Source: Octopus vulgaris (lineage: Eukaryota). From it: 64,000 nucleotides of DNA. Under the pieces are notes generated by a model. That model saw only the letters and a list, made by a program, of their open reading frames with translations, did not search any database and was not told where the DNA came from. Position 1 is the first letter of the stretch. The number at the start of each line of letters is the position of its first letter. The stretch lies in contig OX597826.1 of NCBI GenBank assembly GCA_951406725.2, positions 77,314,001-77,378,000 on the forward strand, written 5' to 3'. Below, in pieces: positions 14,441 to 28,019 of this stretch. A program made the position numbers and the translations under genes.

Positions 14441-14815
14441 AGGCGCAATGGCCCAGTGGTTAGGGCAGCGGACTCGCGGTCGGAAGATCGTGGTTTCGAT
14501 TCCCAGACCGGGCGTTATATGTGTTTATTGAGCGAAAACACTTAGAGCTGCACGAGGCTCTGGCAGGAGGTGGTGGCGACCCCTGTTGTACTCTTTCGCT
14601 CCAACTTACTCTCACTCTTTCTTTCTGTTTCTTGTCCACGACTTCCTACGCCACCGCTGAGCCTGGATGCGCATTCATCCATCCGTCGATGCTTTCGGTG
14701 TCGGGGGTTGACCTGCTTTCTCTTCTGCGGGTCTTACGAACAGCAAAAGGACCACGTTTCGGACTTCTCCCAAGGGACGAAGACCGCTTCGCTCAACAAA
14801 CAAACAAACAAGCAG
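14441..14815 (+). mobile_element. tRNA(Arg)-like SINE, family C (resembles octopus OR-type SINEs)
   Basis: A box tggcccagtggttagg, B box ggtttcgattccc, (CAAA)n tail; close sister copy at 34041-34412. Confidence 0.85.
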
Positions 14816-15046
14816 CAACGTCAACAACAACAGCAACTTTGATTTTTACAAACCCTGCATATCTATTTGCAGAAAGATAAAACTTAAAACCATTTGAAAA
14901 TTAAATTATATGGCCACAGGATCACTTGACTGCCGTCAAGAAGATGTGAACCAGTGTTCTGCTGACTGGTTTTTCAGTACGTTTTACACCTAGCAAGACA
15001 TGTCCTCTCATGCAGAGATATGTAGCCGGAAATTGAAAGAAAAGAG

Positions 15047-15085
<39 letters not shown>

Positions 15086-15365
15086 TATAATACGGGTCGC
15101 TTCTTAGAATTTGTATAGGCAATGACGTGTTTAACTTGTTGCATCTTTCCTATATTGCAGTACCGTATCAATACCTCTTATAGAGGAACACACGTGTTTA
15201 TAGATTCGCATATATGCTTATATTGCGTGTAGAAACACACATAAATGTATACACACTCAAACATATATGTGCGCAAACACATTAAGAACGCGTTCACACA
15301 GCGAGAAGCAGGCTGACGCACCGGTACCTGTATCTCCAAACATAGATAAATGAGTCTTCTTTCAG

Positions 15366-15410
15366 GGTATTCAATTTTGGCAGACGACACATTTCCCATG
15401 ATGCTGAACG
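15366..15410 (+). other. Candidate 45-nt internal exon
   Basis: Acceptor tcttctttcag|G and donor ACG|gtgagt; length divisible by 3; two open frames; lies in unique sequence; no partner exons identified. Confidence 0.3.
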
Positions 15411-16066
15411 GTGAGTAGCTTATTGTTGTCAATGTCCGACTAAAGAAACGGGTCATGTGCCAAACTATGGGCACACACACACAAATACATACAAAAAAAT
15501 CAACAAATATATATAAGGAAACAAAAAAAAATGGCGAAATGCGTTGAATAAGTGCGTAGGTCACGTGACATTTTTTGTATTGTGTAAAGTGTAAACCGTT
15601 TGTTTATTATTCTGATTAGCATATTATTATTATTATCATTATTATTATTATTATTATTATTATCATCATTATTATTATTATTATTATATTATTATTATTA
15701 TTATTAAGCGAATTGTCTGATGGTAAAAAAAAGTGGAAAATGAAAGGAAAAAGGATGAAAATGTTATAGTTTTAATGCTGGTTTCCGATAGTCAATCGAA
15801 GTGCAGTTTGAAGAAGCAAGCTTCGAGCCAACGGTCTTTTGTTAAATGATATAATATATTAAACAACCGCAGTCCAAATATATTAAAGGTTCTCTTTTTT
15901 GCTATTTAGAAAAAATAAAAATAAAATAAAGACTAATATATTTTCTCTTTTCTCTTGCCAATATGAGGGTAGATTAAAGAGTTTTTTTGTGTGTGTCACT
16001 CCATAACGGTGAATGACTGAATGCGTCCACCAAATTCTGTTTACGTAATGTTAGAGGATTCTTATT

Positions 16067-16234
16067 GAGGCGTGGTTATGTGGTTAAGAAAATTGCTTCC
16101 CAAGCATATGATCTCAGGTTCAATCCTACTGCGTAGCACTTCGGGCAAGCGTCTGCTGCTAAAGCTCGGGCTAGCCAAAGCCTTGTGAGTGGATATGGTA
16201 GACGGAAAAGCCCGGCGTACATATATAACCCTAA

Positions 16235-16318
<84 letters not shown>

Positions 16319-16356
16319 CAGGCACGCATGTGTATGTATGCGTATATATAATATAT

Positions 16357-16399
<43 letters not shown>

Positions 16400-16745
16400 C
16401 ATATATATATATAAAGATATATATACACACACGCATATGTATTTATATACATACACATATATGTATATATACACACAAACATATACACGTATGTATATAT
16501 GTGTGCGTGTGTGTTTGTGTCTACATATGTGTGTTCCTTTGTGTTTCACCAGCACCACCGCTTGACAACTAGCGTTGGTTTGTTTATGTCACCGTAAGCT
16601 AGTGATTCGGCAAAAGACACCGATGGATTAAGTACACGACTTAAAAATAAGACCCTTGGGTACATTCGTCCGACCAAAACCTTTCAAGGCAGTGCCCCAG
16701 CATGGCCGCAGTCCAATGACTGAAAGACGTAACAAATAAAAGAAT
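16067..16745 (+). mobile_element. SINE family A expanded by internal (CTAT)n/(TA)n
   Basis: Head at 16067, core to about 16220, microsatellite, then tail ggcagtgccccagcatggccgcagtccaatgactgaaa. Confidence 0.8.
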
Positions 16746-17016
16746 ACAATGGACAAGTAAATAAGTAAAAACACGAAACCGCCGCGTGGTTTCCAGAATT
16801 ACTAGAAACGGTAGCCAAATCTCCCTCAAAACAAAAACAATTTTCTTGTTTATGTTGGAAGGGTATATTTGATATTTGTACCGTGAATAAAGTACATGCG
16901 AATAACGAATCGTGATATTCAAGGCTGCAATGTCTTTAATCATCAGTCTATTTAATCAAAAATAACTTTCCGTCTGAGCAACAGTCGAATATTTTTTTTT
17001 AAATCTATTCATATAT

Positions 17017-17240
17017 ATTTCTTTACTACCCACAAGGGGCTAAACACAGAAGGGACAAACAAGGACAGACAAACGATTTAAGTCGATTATATCGACCCCA
17101 GTGCGTAAGTGTTACTTATTTAATTGACCCCGAAAGGATGAAAGGCAAAGTCGACCTCGGCGGAATTTGAACTCAGAACGTAGCGACAGATGAAATACTG
17201 CTGAGCATTTCGCCCGGCGTGCTAACGTTTCTGCCAGCTC
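17017..17240 (-). mobile_element. SINE family B
   Basis: Matches 1773-2003; abuts the head of a family A copy. Confidence 0.85.
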
Positions 17241-17242
17241 AC

Positions 17243-17630
17243 AGGAGTGGCTGTGTGGTAAGCAATATGCTTACTAACTACATGGCTCCGAATTCTCATC
17301 TCATTACGTGACACCTTGGGCAAGTATATTCTATTATAGCCTCTGATCGACCAAAGCCTTGTGAGTGGATTTGGTAGGCGGAAACTGAAAGAAGCCTGTC
17401 GTGTATATATATATGTGTGTGTGTGCGTGTTTGTGTATATGTTTGTCACACCCCACCATCGCTTGACAATAGATGTTGTGTGTTTACAACCCCGTAACTC
17501 AGAGGTTCAGCGAAAGACACTGAAAGAATAAGTATTAGGCTCACAAAGAACAAGTCCTGGGGTCGATTTGTTCGACTAAAATCGGTGCTCCAGCATGGAC
17601 GCAGTCAAATGAATGAAACATATAAAAGAA
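17243..17630 (+). mobile_element. SINE family A
   Basis: Head aggagtggctgtgtggtaag through tail cagcatggacgcagtcaaatg. Confidence 0.85.
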
Positions 17631-17635
17631 TACAG

Positions 17636-17850
17636 CATTATTTACATTTGACGGATATTTGTTCCTCATCTTGTTTGTGGTTAACAAAACGTTTCGGCTG
17701 ATATATCCTCCAGCCCTCAACAGGTGTCTTGGGGAACCTCGGTTCGAAATTTCCCCAAGACACCTGATGAAGGCTGGAGGGTATATCAGCCGAAACGTTT
17801 TGTTAACAACAAACAAGATGAGGACAAATATCCGTCAAATGTAAATAATG
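17636..17850. repeat. Fold-back element (about 100-bp arms) with a hammerhead-ribozyme motif in each arm; Penelope-like pLTR type
   Basis: cattatttacatttgacggatatttg...gtcttggggaa is the near-perfect reverse complement of ttccccaagac...caaatatccgtcaaatgtaaataatg. Confidence 0.9.
17759..17804 (+). ncRNA. Minimal type-I hammerhead ribozyme motif
   Basis: gacac CTGATGA a ggctgg-loop-tcagcc GAAA cg TT ttgtt; 6-bp stem II, palindromic ACGU stem III, stem I with a mismatch at the first pair. Confidence 0.7.
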
Positions 17851-18062
17851 TAAATAATTCCTCAGCTCTTAAATACAGAACTGTATTAAAAGAATAACAG
17901 AATATATTCCAAAGTTTACAAGGACACACATCGTGTCGTGAAGCCAGCTAGAGACGATGTCTCCTGGGCTAAATTACAGCAACATTCGTCCTAAACCAGG
18001 ACTGCCGTGTTATGTTGGCAAACAATCTTTACTCCAATGCTTCAGCTCCTTACGATTATTCT

Positions 18063-18412
18063 TCTATTCTTTTACTTGTTTCAGCCATTTGACTGCAGCC
18101 ATGCTGGAGCACCGCCTTTCAGTCGAACTAATCGTACCCCAGCACTTATTCTTCGTAAGCCTAGTATTTATTCTATTGGTCTTTTTTTTGCCAAACTGCT
18201 AAGTTACGGGGACGTAAACACACCAACATCGGTTGTCAGTCTATGGTAGTTGGGACAAACACACACACACACACACGACAGGTTTATTTCAGTTTCCGTC
18301 TACCAAACCCACTCACAAGGCTTTTGTTGGCATGAGACTATAGTAGAAGACACTTGGCCAAGGTGCCACACAGTGGGACTGAACCCGGAACCATATGGTT
18401 GGGAAGCAGGTT
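18063..18412 (-). mobile_element. SINE family A
   Basis: Reverse complement of 17243-17630. Confidence 0.85.
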
Positions 18413-20424
18413 GTGTGCGAGAGAGAGAGAGAGTGTGTGTGTGTGTGTTGTATGTGCACACGTGCATTAATATAGGAATGGATACAAAATCGGAATGAGA
18501 TGATGTGGTGACCATGCATCTCCAAGACCATTGGGAGCGAAAGGAATTGGCGTCGATAGACACTGAATCCACAATTTTGTCCCCTACCCAATGGAAATCT
18601 ACCCTTTTATTCTCTAGAAGTGAAACCCGCACAAAAGCCAGACGTCGTCATTAACACCCCCACACACACACTTACTCCCCCAGTTCATCCAACGACGTCT
18701 AGGACCACCATCAACACTGCCACTACCACCATCACAATCATCATCATCATCATCATCATCGTGACCACCACCACCATCGTCGTCGTCATCATCCTCGGCT
18801 TGCAGTTGGTGGGAAACAATGGCCGATGCGTCATATATACCTTTCCATCATCAGACTCGTAAATTCGTCAGCAATCGCCACGCTTCTGTCCTCCATCATT
18901 CATATGACCACAGCTTAAAAGGAGACTCCATTGGATTTATTAGCAGATAATAACTTAACAGTTGGCTAACTTTGGATGTCAGAACAGGGTCCGCTCGATA
19001 AGAGGCGTCTGCCTATGTTATTGGTTACAGTTTGGGAGTTAAGTATTAATAGAACCCTACATAACCAGACTAATTGTAATGCCATTATATAACTGCTCGA
19101 GGAGTTCGCTCCGCAATCATAACGTCCCTGGTTCAATGCGACTGACTGGCATCTCGGCAAAGTATTCTTTACTCCAATCTCGGATCGGCTCAAGTTAAAT
19201 TGCATAAACAGAAACTGTCTTGTCTGTACACCACCACAAGAGTCAATCCTTGGTGCGATATGATGTGGCCTTTCACGCTGGACAGGTCAAAGGATAGACA
19301 CCAAACAAATACGGACCAGCAGTAAACATAGATTTGTGTTGGACCAACACCTCTCCCGAGAAAAAAATTCAATGTTCCTGAAGCATCAATGACAATTCCA
19401 AAACCCCAATGTAAGGAAAAGGCCCCATAGGGAGCAAAAGGAGGGCCTAAGTAAGTGTCAAGCCCGTCGGATAAACGGTGCTACTAATTCATATAACAGA
19501 GTTGTGGTAATCTCAGCCTCGTTGATTTTGCCAGGGGATTATGTTAAATTAATAGGAGTCTGTGGAATACTGAGTAATTTACAATATCAGTTAAAGAGAA
19601 GTAAATTAATTAAATGCTCATCGTCGAAAGTGATGGAAATCCCTTTTTGCCGGGAATATGTATGAATGTATGCATATACGTGTGAATGGACGTATGTATG
19701 TGTGTATACAGAAAGGTATCTATATATGTATGGCTATATATGCATGTATGTGTATATATAAATGCGCGCACGTGCGCGAGTCTATGAATGAGACACACAA
19801 AAGCAGCCTTCGAAGCGAGTTGGGATGTCAGAGGTCACTGAAAAGGTTGCAAACAACAACGAGAGCACTTGGAAGAATAAACAAACCGATTGAATGTTTA
19901 ACCAACACGTTAAACAAGCGATCGATTGGCTGGTTGGTTAGATTATTGACTAATAATAAGGAAGTGGAGAAGTGGAATTAAACCTGTGCGTGTGTAATTA
20001 TTGGTGTAATGACTTCCCCCAGACTCAAGATTTGTTTCAACATCTGAATTCGCATCAAGAACCTTGCGAACCAAATACAAAAAAGAAATATCTATGTATA
20101 TACGTATATTCTTTTCTACTCTGGGCACAAGGCTCGAAATTTTGCGGGAGGTCGATTAGATCGACCCCAGTACGAAACTGGTACTTAATTTATCCATCGC
20201 GAAAGGATGAAAGCAAAGTCGACCTCTTCGCCCAGAGCGCTAAAGATTCTGCCAGATTCTGCCTTGTATATACGTATATACAAGACAAGCGTCTGTACAC
20301 CTGCCAAAGAATTGGCTGGTTGCAGGCTACTGTAGAAGACACTTGTCCAAGCTGTCGCGCAGTGAGATTGAACGCGAAAGTACTGGGCCTCGAATCGAAA
20401 TTCCTAACACACGGCTTCCTCGGA

Positions 20425-20448
20425 ATATATATATATATAAAATATACT

Positions 20449-20489
<41 letters not shown>

Positions 20490-20501
20490 AAGATATAATA
20501 C

Positions 20502-20532
<31 letters not shown>

Positions 20533-20592
20533 AGATATACATATATATATATATATAATATTATATATATATATATATAAAGATATACATAC

Positions 20593-20636
<44 letters not shown>

Positions 20637-20646
20637 ATATACATAC

Positions 20647-20684
<38 letters not shown>

Positions 20685-20712
20685 ATATACATACATATTT
20701 ATATATATATAC

Positions 20713-20761
<49 letters not shown>

Positions 20762-20771
20762 ATATACATAC

Positions 20772-20819
<48 letters not shown>

Positions 20820-20886
20820 ATATACATACATTTATATATATATGCATATATATATATACATATATATATAAAGATATACATACATT

Positions 20887-20932
<46 letters not shown>

Positions 20933-20975
20933 CATACATTTATACATACATTTATACATTTGTATATATATATAA
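20425..20975. repeat. Minisatellite of aaagatatacatacattt units separated by (TA)n
   Basis: About 8 recurring anchors. Confidence 0.9.
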
Positions 20976-21787
20976 AAACAAATGTGTACGTATGTGTATC
21001 GTATGTAAATGTGTGTGTGTTGTCATAAAATAAGTAATTATGGTTCCCTAAAAAATGGTGAAGGGATATTGAAGAGAAGAAGGAATAAAAGAATAAAGTG
21101 TGTTTCTTTTTTTGCTTTCTGTTGTTGCCACATGATGTCACTGCTCGTTGTCTTAAAAGCAAATGGCGCCAAGTCACTTCACTTAATTAGCGCTCTCTTA
21201 TCTTTGTCACTTCTGAGGTGATAAATTCACAGATGAGGTCTGCGCTCTACCACACACACACACACATCATACATACACACATATACATACACTTCTGTAT
21301 GTATTTGTGTGTACGTGTGTGTGTGTGTGTACGTGTGTGTATACATGTGGTGCGTATACATGTGTGTGTAAACCCCGCTGTGACTTTTAACCTGCCGCTA
21401 TTGTCTCAATGCACTTGTGTGGGTTTATCTTCTTCACCCTTCTTTATACAAACGGTATCCCACCCACACGTCCACCCCAAGCCCCCACCCCACCCACACG
21501 CGCGCGCGCGCGAAGAAAATATAGACATAAGCTGAGTATGTGCAAGATGATGATGATGATGGTGAGGTGGGCTGTGAGTGTGTTTCGCTGTGTATCAAAG
21601 TGAATTGAATTTATTAAACAGTGCAGAATCGCACCTGAAATTACAGGTGGATCAGCTGCTGCTGCTGCTGTTTCTCATCCAACGAAGAACTTCTTTCCAA
21701 TTCGTTGACCTTTCAATTGATTCTTTTGGCGGTCATTTATTGCAATGACAGCTGACACAGCTGGGGATTCCATCATTTTTCATATCC

Positions 21788-22370
<583 letters not shown>

Positions 22371-22669
22371 TGCAAACTCAGAAACATGCATACACACACA
22401 TACACATATGTGTGCATGTCTGTGGGTGCAAGTGTGAGAAAGTATGTATGTTTGTGAGTGTCTGTATGCATGTGTATGTATGTATCTGTGTGCGTATACT
22501 TAATTCAATATATATAAACATATATATGTATGTGTATATATATATACATAATTTTAGATACATATATACATACACACATGTATATTAAGAATATATACAT
22601 ATATATACATACACGCACACACATATATACAGATATATATATATGCATATATATATACATACATATACA

Positions 22670-22713
<44 letters not shown>

Positions 22714-22814
22714 AAATGAGGTATATATATATATATATATATGCAATTTTAGATAGATACATATATATATATGTATATTATTAATATATACTTATGTGTA
22801 TATATAGATGTATA

Positions 22815-23032
22815 TATGTATATGGTTTGTGTGTATATATGTATATATATCTGGTTTGTGTGTATATATGTATGTATATATGGTTTGTGTGTATATATGT
22901 ATATATATATGGTTTGTGTGTATATATGTATACATATGTGGTTTGTGTGTATATATGTATGTATATATGATTTGTGTGTATATATGTATACATAAATGGT
23001 TTTTGTGTATATATGTATATATATCTGGTTTG

Positions 23033-23077
<45 letters not shown>

Positions 23078-23128
23078 ATATGGTTTGTGTATATATATAT
23101 ATATGTATGTATATATGGTTTGTGTATG
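22815..23128. repeat. About 29-bp minisatellite (tggtttgtgtgtatatatgtatatatata)
   Basis: About 10 tandem units. Confidence 0.92.
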
Positions 23129-23424
23129 TCTAGCTTTGTCTTTTGTTTTGACTGATGTGATAAGATTTGAGAATTCACTGACGATGCCAACGATATTTAT
23201 AATGCCGCTGATGGTTAGGTTTATTTAAGGTTAATTTATATCTAAAATGCATTATATTTGCTAAACCCGGAATTAAATTTAATCTTTGCATTATGATTTT
23301 CATAAATAATACGAGATTCCCAAAGTCATTCCAGAAATATAAGGTTGAGTCAATATCCATTAACTTTTATTGCAAAACTAAACTGATAGCTTAATGGAAA
23401 CAATATATATTCCAAAATACAATC

Positions 23425-23482
<58 letters not shown>

Positions 23483-23589
23483 TGTGTGCGCGCATGCGTG
23501 CGTGTGTTTATGTATGTACACACGCACGCACGCAGAAAAATGTGTGTGTATTTGTATTATGTATAAATATATTCTTTTGTTTTGTTATT

Positions 23590-23932
23590 CCTGTACGTGA
23601 TTCAGTTATTGGACTGCGACCATGCTGGAGCAAGAACTTGAAATAGTTTTAACCGAAGAAATCAAACCCAGGAATTAGTTTTACTTTACTGAAACTGGCA
23701 CGGATTCTAAAGTTTCTGTCTTGCCAAACCGCTAAGTTACGGTGATGTAAAGACAGCAACAATGTTTGTCAAGCGATGGTAGGGATAATCGGAGACACAG
23801 AGACACGCGCACCCATACATATATACATATATGTATGGGTGTATATATGTATGGGTGTATGCGGCTATAGAAGAAGGCATTTGCCTTGGAACCATGTATT
23901 TGAGAAGCAAACTTCTTTGTACGCAGCCACCT
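23590..23932 (-). mobile_element. SINE family A, diverged
   Basis: gactgcgaccatgctggagc...ccgctaagttacgg...ttgtcaagcgatggt. Confidence 0.7.
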
Positions 23933-24719
23933 TTCAGTGTCTTAAATGTGTGTGTGTTTGTGTGTGTGCGTATGTGTATAATTAAAGGTTACAAACCTCA
24001 TTAAGGGTTAATAAAATCCTATAAAAGTACTTGTTAGTTACCTATGTAAAGAATGTCGAACATTACAGATAATATTCAACCGTAAGGTAAATATATAAAC
24101 CGTGCTTTATACATATGAGTATTTATTACAATAAGATGAGAAAATAGAGAGATAATTAATAAATTATTATATATTAATTAAAAAATTGACAAACATCCTT
24201 ATATACAAACCTACATATACGTATGTGTTTTTGTTTATACATACATGTGTGTGTGAATTTTTGTGTTTGTGTTATGATTGTAAACCACCGTTTAACAACT
24301 GGTGTTGGTTTGTAATCCTCTTCGTAACTTAGCAGATCAACAAAAGACCGATGGACTAAATGTCAGACTTAAAGATAATAAGTAATGGAGTCGGTTTATT
24401 CGAGTAACCCCTTCAAGGCGGCGCCTCAACATGGCGTCAGTCGAATGAGTGAAACAAATGAACGATGAAAGATAAATGACATTAAACAGAAATGGGTAAA
24501 AAGAAACAAGTGTGGCACGAACATGAACAACGAATAAATACAGGTGTATCAAATACCAAACAACATAAATTCTTTCTTTTTTTAAAGTATCTCCAAAGGC
24601 TGTGTCACAGTCATCAAAGGACAATTAAGACCAACTGCACAAGAGAATCAAAACTTGTCCAAAGTTGACAGCTATTTATGAAAACCACAGGCTTATCATC
24701 TGGATGCAAGAAGATAGTC

Positions 24720-24758
24720 ATGCACACGTGTTTCAGCCTCAGGAAGCGTCATCAGCAC
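24720..24758 (-). ncRNA. Degenerate hammerhead-like motif
   Basis: gtg CTGATGA c gctt-cctg-aggc t GAAA cacgtg TG cat; position 17 is G, so it is predicted to be non-cleaving. Confidence 0.4.
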
Positions 24759-24983
24759 TACAAATGTCTCTAACCTATCTCCACTAGCCAAAGAACATAT
24801 ATATATACAAAAAGAGAAGGACATTATTACACGTTTATGATCTCGATAATTAAACAGAACTTGAAATAGCATTAGATTAAAACAATGTATAACATTATTG
24901 GTGACCATACTGAAATGTAAAATGGTGCTAGAAGTCATTTGCGATAAAAACACAACTGGCACAGAATGTTGTTAGCGGACCGT

Positions 24984-25020
24984 TAGACAGTGTTTCGACT
25001 TCATTTTGTCTCTTCAGTGA
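24984..25020 (-). ncRNA. Hammerhead-like motif
   Basis: CTGAAGA gac-aaaatgaa-gtc GAAAC act GTC; core, stem II and stem III intact but stem I poor. Confidence 0.5.
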
Positions 25021-25493
25021 TGAATACCCACGAATATTCTAAGGGAACTGAAAGAATGTTGGTTCCGTATAGAAATTAGTAAGCAAAACGTTTGCTAGTG
25101 TATCTAGTTTGCAAGATTCCTTATGTGAATTCGTGTGTTGAAACCAATTTTGTTATGTATAGGGAGACGAAGAAAGAGGTTTGACAAACAAAAACAAAAC
25201 AAATGACTTCCTACTTAACCAAATTAAACAAACGATCGATTAGCTAGTTGGATGTTTAACCAATAAAGGAGTGGAATTGAACCTGTGCGTGTGTTAATAA
25301 TATTAGCATAATGACCCTCTCTAAATGTTTGCTAAATGTTTTGCGAAAGCTAGCCAGGCTTAAATACAGCTTTAGATTGGAATAATGAAACAGCATTAGA
25401 TTGGAATAACGATGTGTATAATATTTATAATAAATACACAAACATTAGAACGGCACTTAACACCCGGTAATTATTATTATTATCATTATTATT

Positions 25494-25630
25494 AGGTTGT
25501 CCCAAAAGTTCGTAAACACTTGCGAAAATTGAATTTTTACTCGCCAAGTACTAACAAAAACAACAAAAATTATTCCTCAAAATAAAGACCATTATTTTCC
25601 AAGACTTTCTACGAACTTTTGGGACAACCT
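25494..25630. mobile_element. Tc1/mariner-type MITE
   Basis: Perfect 21-bp TIRs aggttgtcccaaaagttcgta / tacgaacttttgggacaacct, inserted in (TTA)n. Confidence 0.85.
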
Positions 25631-27435
25631 TATATTATTATTATTATTATATCACATTTGCTTTCTCACATGGAAGAATTCGCAACTTTATTTTGAGAAA
25701 TAGGAGCTAGATAATCTTGAAATCGCATCGGTCAAATAGCGTCTGTCAATAAAGATATAGAAAAACAGAAAGGCCAAATGGAACGGTTATAGCAATCTTC
25801 CTTCCCCACCCCTCTCTCCTTCTCAGGAGAATAGAGAGAGAATAACAGAATAGAGAGAGAATAAGAGAGACGCATGCTCAGTGAAACAAATACCGAAAGA
25901 GACATAGTGATAGAGCTGGAGGGAGGGGGTTCGGATAAAATATGCTGAGGCACTTTGTTAAGTCACTTTATAATTTAAAATCAAATCCCACCTATGTCGA
26001 CTTTATATTTTCTGCCTCCGATCTTAATTGTTTATCCGGTTGATATCATTTAACATTCCCTGGTACATTGCACCAATACAGGGGTATCACATCCCTTCTA
26101 GACCTGGAGCCAAAAATTGTTCTTAGTATGGGTATAAGGCCAAGTATTTGGAAGGAGATTAACTGACACCATAGATCCTTGTACTTGATTGGCAATTTAA
26201 TTCATCGACCCCTAATGATTGAAAGTGAAGACTGACTTCGATTGGATCTGAACTTAGAACGTAAATGGCCAGAACAAAGACTGCAAACATTTTTTCTGGT
26301 ACTCTAACGATTCTGTCAACCAAAGAATTACAATTTTCTTTTTAGATTATCACCATTATCTTCAAAATTATTGAATTAAAATTTCAGCTGTGGCAGAGTA
26401 CAGCATATGTAATACGATACAAAAGTGATCATAATTTAATATACGTTGAGAGGATTTCTGGTTGCCAGTTGAAAAATCTTCACAAAGTTTTCTTATATAA
26501 AACAATGTAATACTGAACATTTGATATTTCTTCTGTATTTACAAACAAAAATAAGGTTTATTTGTTCTGCTCTGAGATATAACTCACTCTACCTAAACGA
26601 TTAGGGCCCATTTAACCCTACTCCACGCGCTGTGGTTATATGAAGCTAATAACAACCTAATGGCTAACAAAGAAATCATTAAATGTTCGTTTAGTTTTGG
26701 TCGACCGCCATTATCTATTAGCTGTCGTCTGCTTAAACATTTCTTTTGTTTATTTCACTCTTTGGATTCATTAAATAATCCTTTTTTGTTTGTTTGTTTG
26801 TGACAGAGGAGTTCTCCTGTTTGTATTTTGCTTTGTTTGTTTTCTTTTACACATCTATCTCCCATTTAACTCTTGTCTAACACAAATTGTCGTCGTCCTT
26901 TTCGTTTTGGATGAGTTGTTAAGTACGTTGTCGACGTCGTCAGTATTGTTCTTGTCGCTATTGTTTTGCTTGTATCTCCTCAACACACTCACACACGGGC
27001 GCGAACGGATTATAAGCAAAGTGAATCTTGCCGGACGTCGCCTTTCACTTTCATATCTCTCTAGCGTTGGTCGGTAACATTAACACCAGAAACACAATGT
27101 GCTCGGCTGTGATCTTCACCTAACCTGTGATATTATTATTAATATCATTATCATTGCTACAATAAAACCAACAAGCAAAGCCATTAGAGCATGAAACAAG
27201 ATGCCTTACTGCATGTAGTCACGTTCGTTTGTCTTTGTATTTGCATTTCAAATTTCACCGAAGCCAATCTTCATTTTCATTCTTCTGGGGGTCGATGAAA
27301 TAAGTTGCAGCCATTTTGGTGAAGTTATAATCGACTGTAACTTCCACCTGAAACGTGTGATATTATATTAATTATCAAAGTCCTTGTGCCAAACTTTGAA
27401 ATCTTTATCATCATAACCATCATCATCATTATTGT

Positions 27436-27990
27436 TATTGAGTGAGAGAGCAGTGCATACGATCAAAGTGACACTGGGGTAAAATATACAAAGCCCAATA
27501 TACCCATCACGACTACCCGTCTGATGAGGGTACACCAGGCACATGCATCGCAATCATATGTGCGCGATATAGTGATCTCATATCGAGATAAACAGCACGT
27601 GGTCTTGTAGGTGGGGCCCAGTTAGTATTTTCTCCAGGTCGAGTAGGCCACTCCGCTCAAAAGGTCCCTGAATGAGGGTTGCTTAAGGATGATGAACAAA
27701 ACACCCATGTTTCCGGGGACGAATTATCCAAACCCCAAAGAATTCCTCTGAACACATGGCTATGATGCTCCCCCACTACTTCTGCTCGTGATCAGAGATG
27801 CACATATCGTCAGCCACCAAGGGACATGCTCAACTGGTTAAGGTCAAGCAACTGACAAGCTAATCTGTAGTATTGAGCAGAATATTTGCTGTAGCCCATT
27901 TTTTTTATACCAAGACAAAACCATGTACATGGTATCACTCCCAGATCAGTTAAAATCAGAAGCCATGGCAGCCACTGCCTGGTACTGCAA
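27436..27990. mobile_element. Unclassified interspersed repeat of about 550 bp flanked by (ATT)n
   Basis: Clearly homologous copy at 62495-62980; no ORF and no tRNA head. Confidence 0.8.
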
Positions 27991-28019
27991 TTATTATTTA
28001 AGACGTCGCATTGTTGATA

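Noticed and set aside
14441-14515. tRNA-like sequence (also 34041 and 8955-9025)
   Set aside because: No proper acceptor stem or terminator, and it continues into a conserved SINE body; a SINE head, not a tRNA gene
14745-14770. Minus-strand gtccGAAACgtgGTC half-hammerhead in SINE family C
   Set aside because: No CUGANGA in a compatible position in either copy
27515-27545. ctgatgag resembling a hammerhead core
   Set aside because: No GAAA after a stem II, and the sister copy reads tttataag at this position
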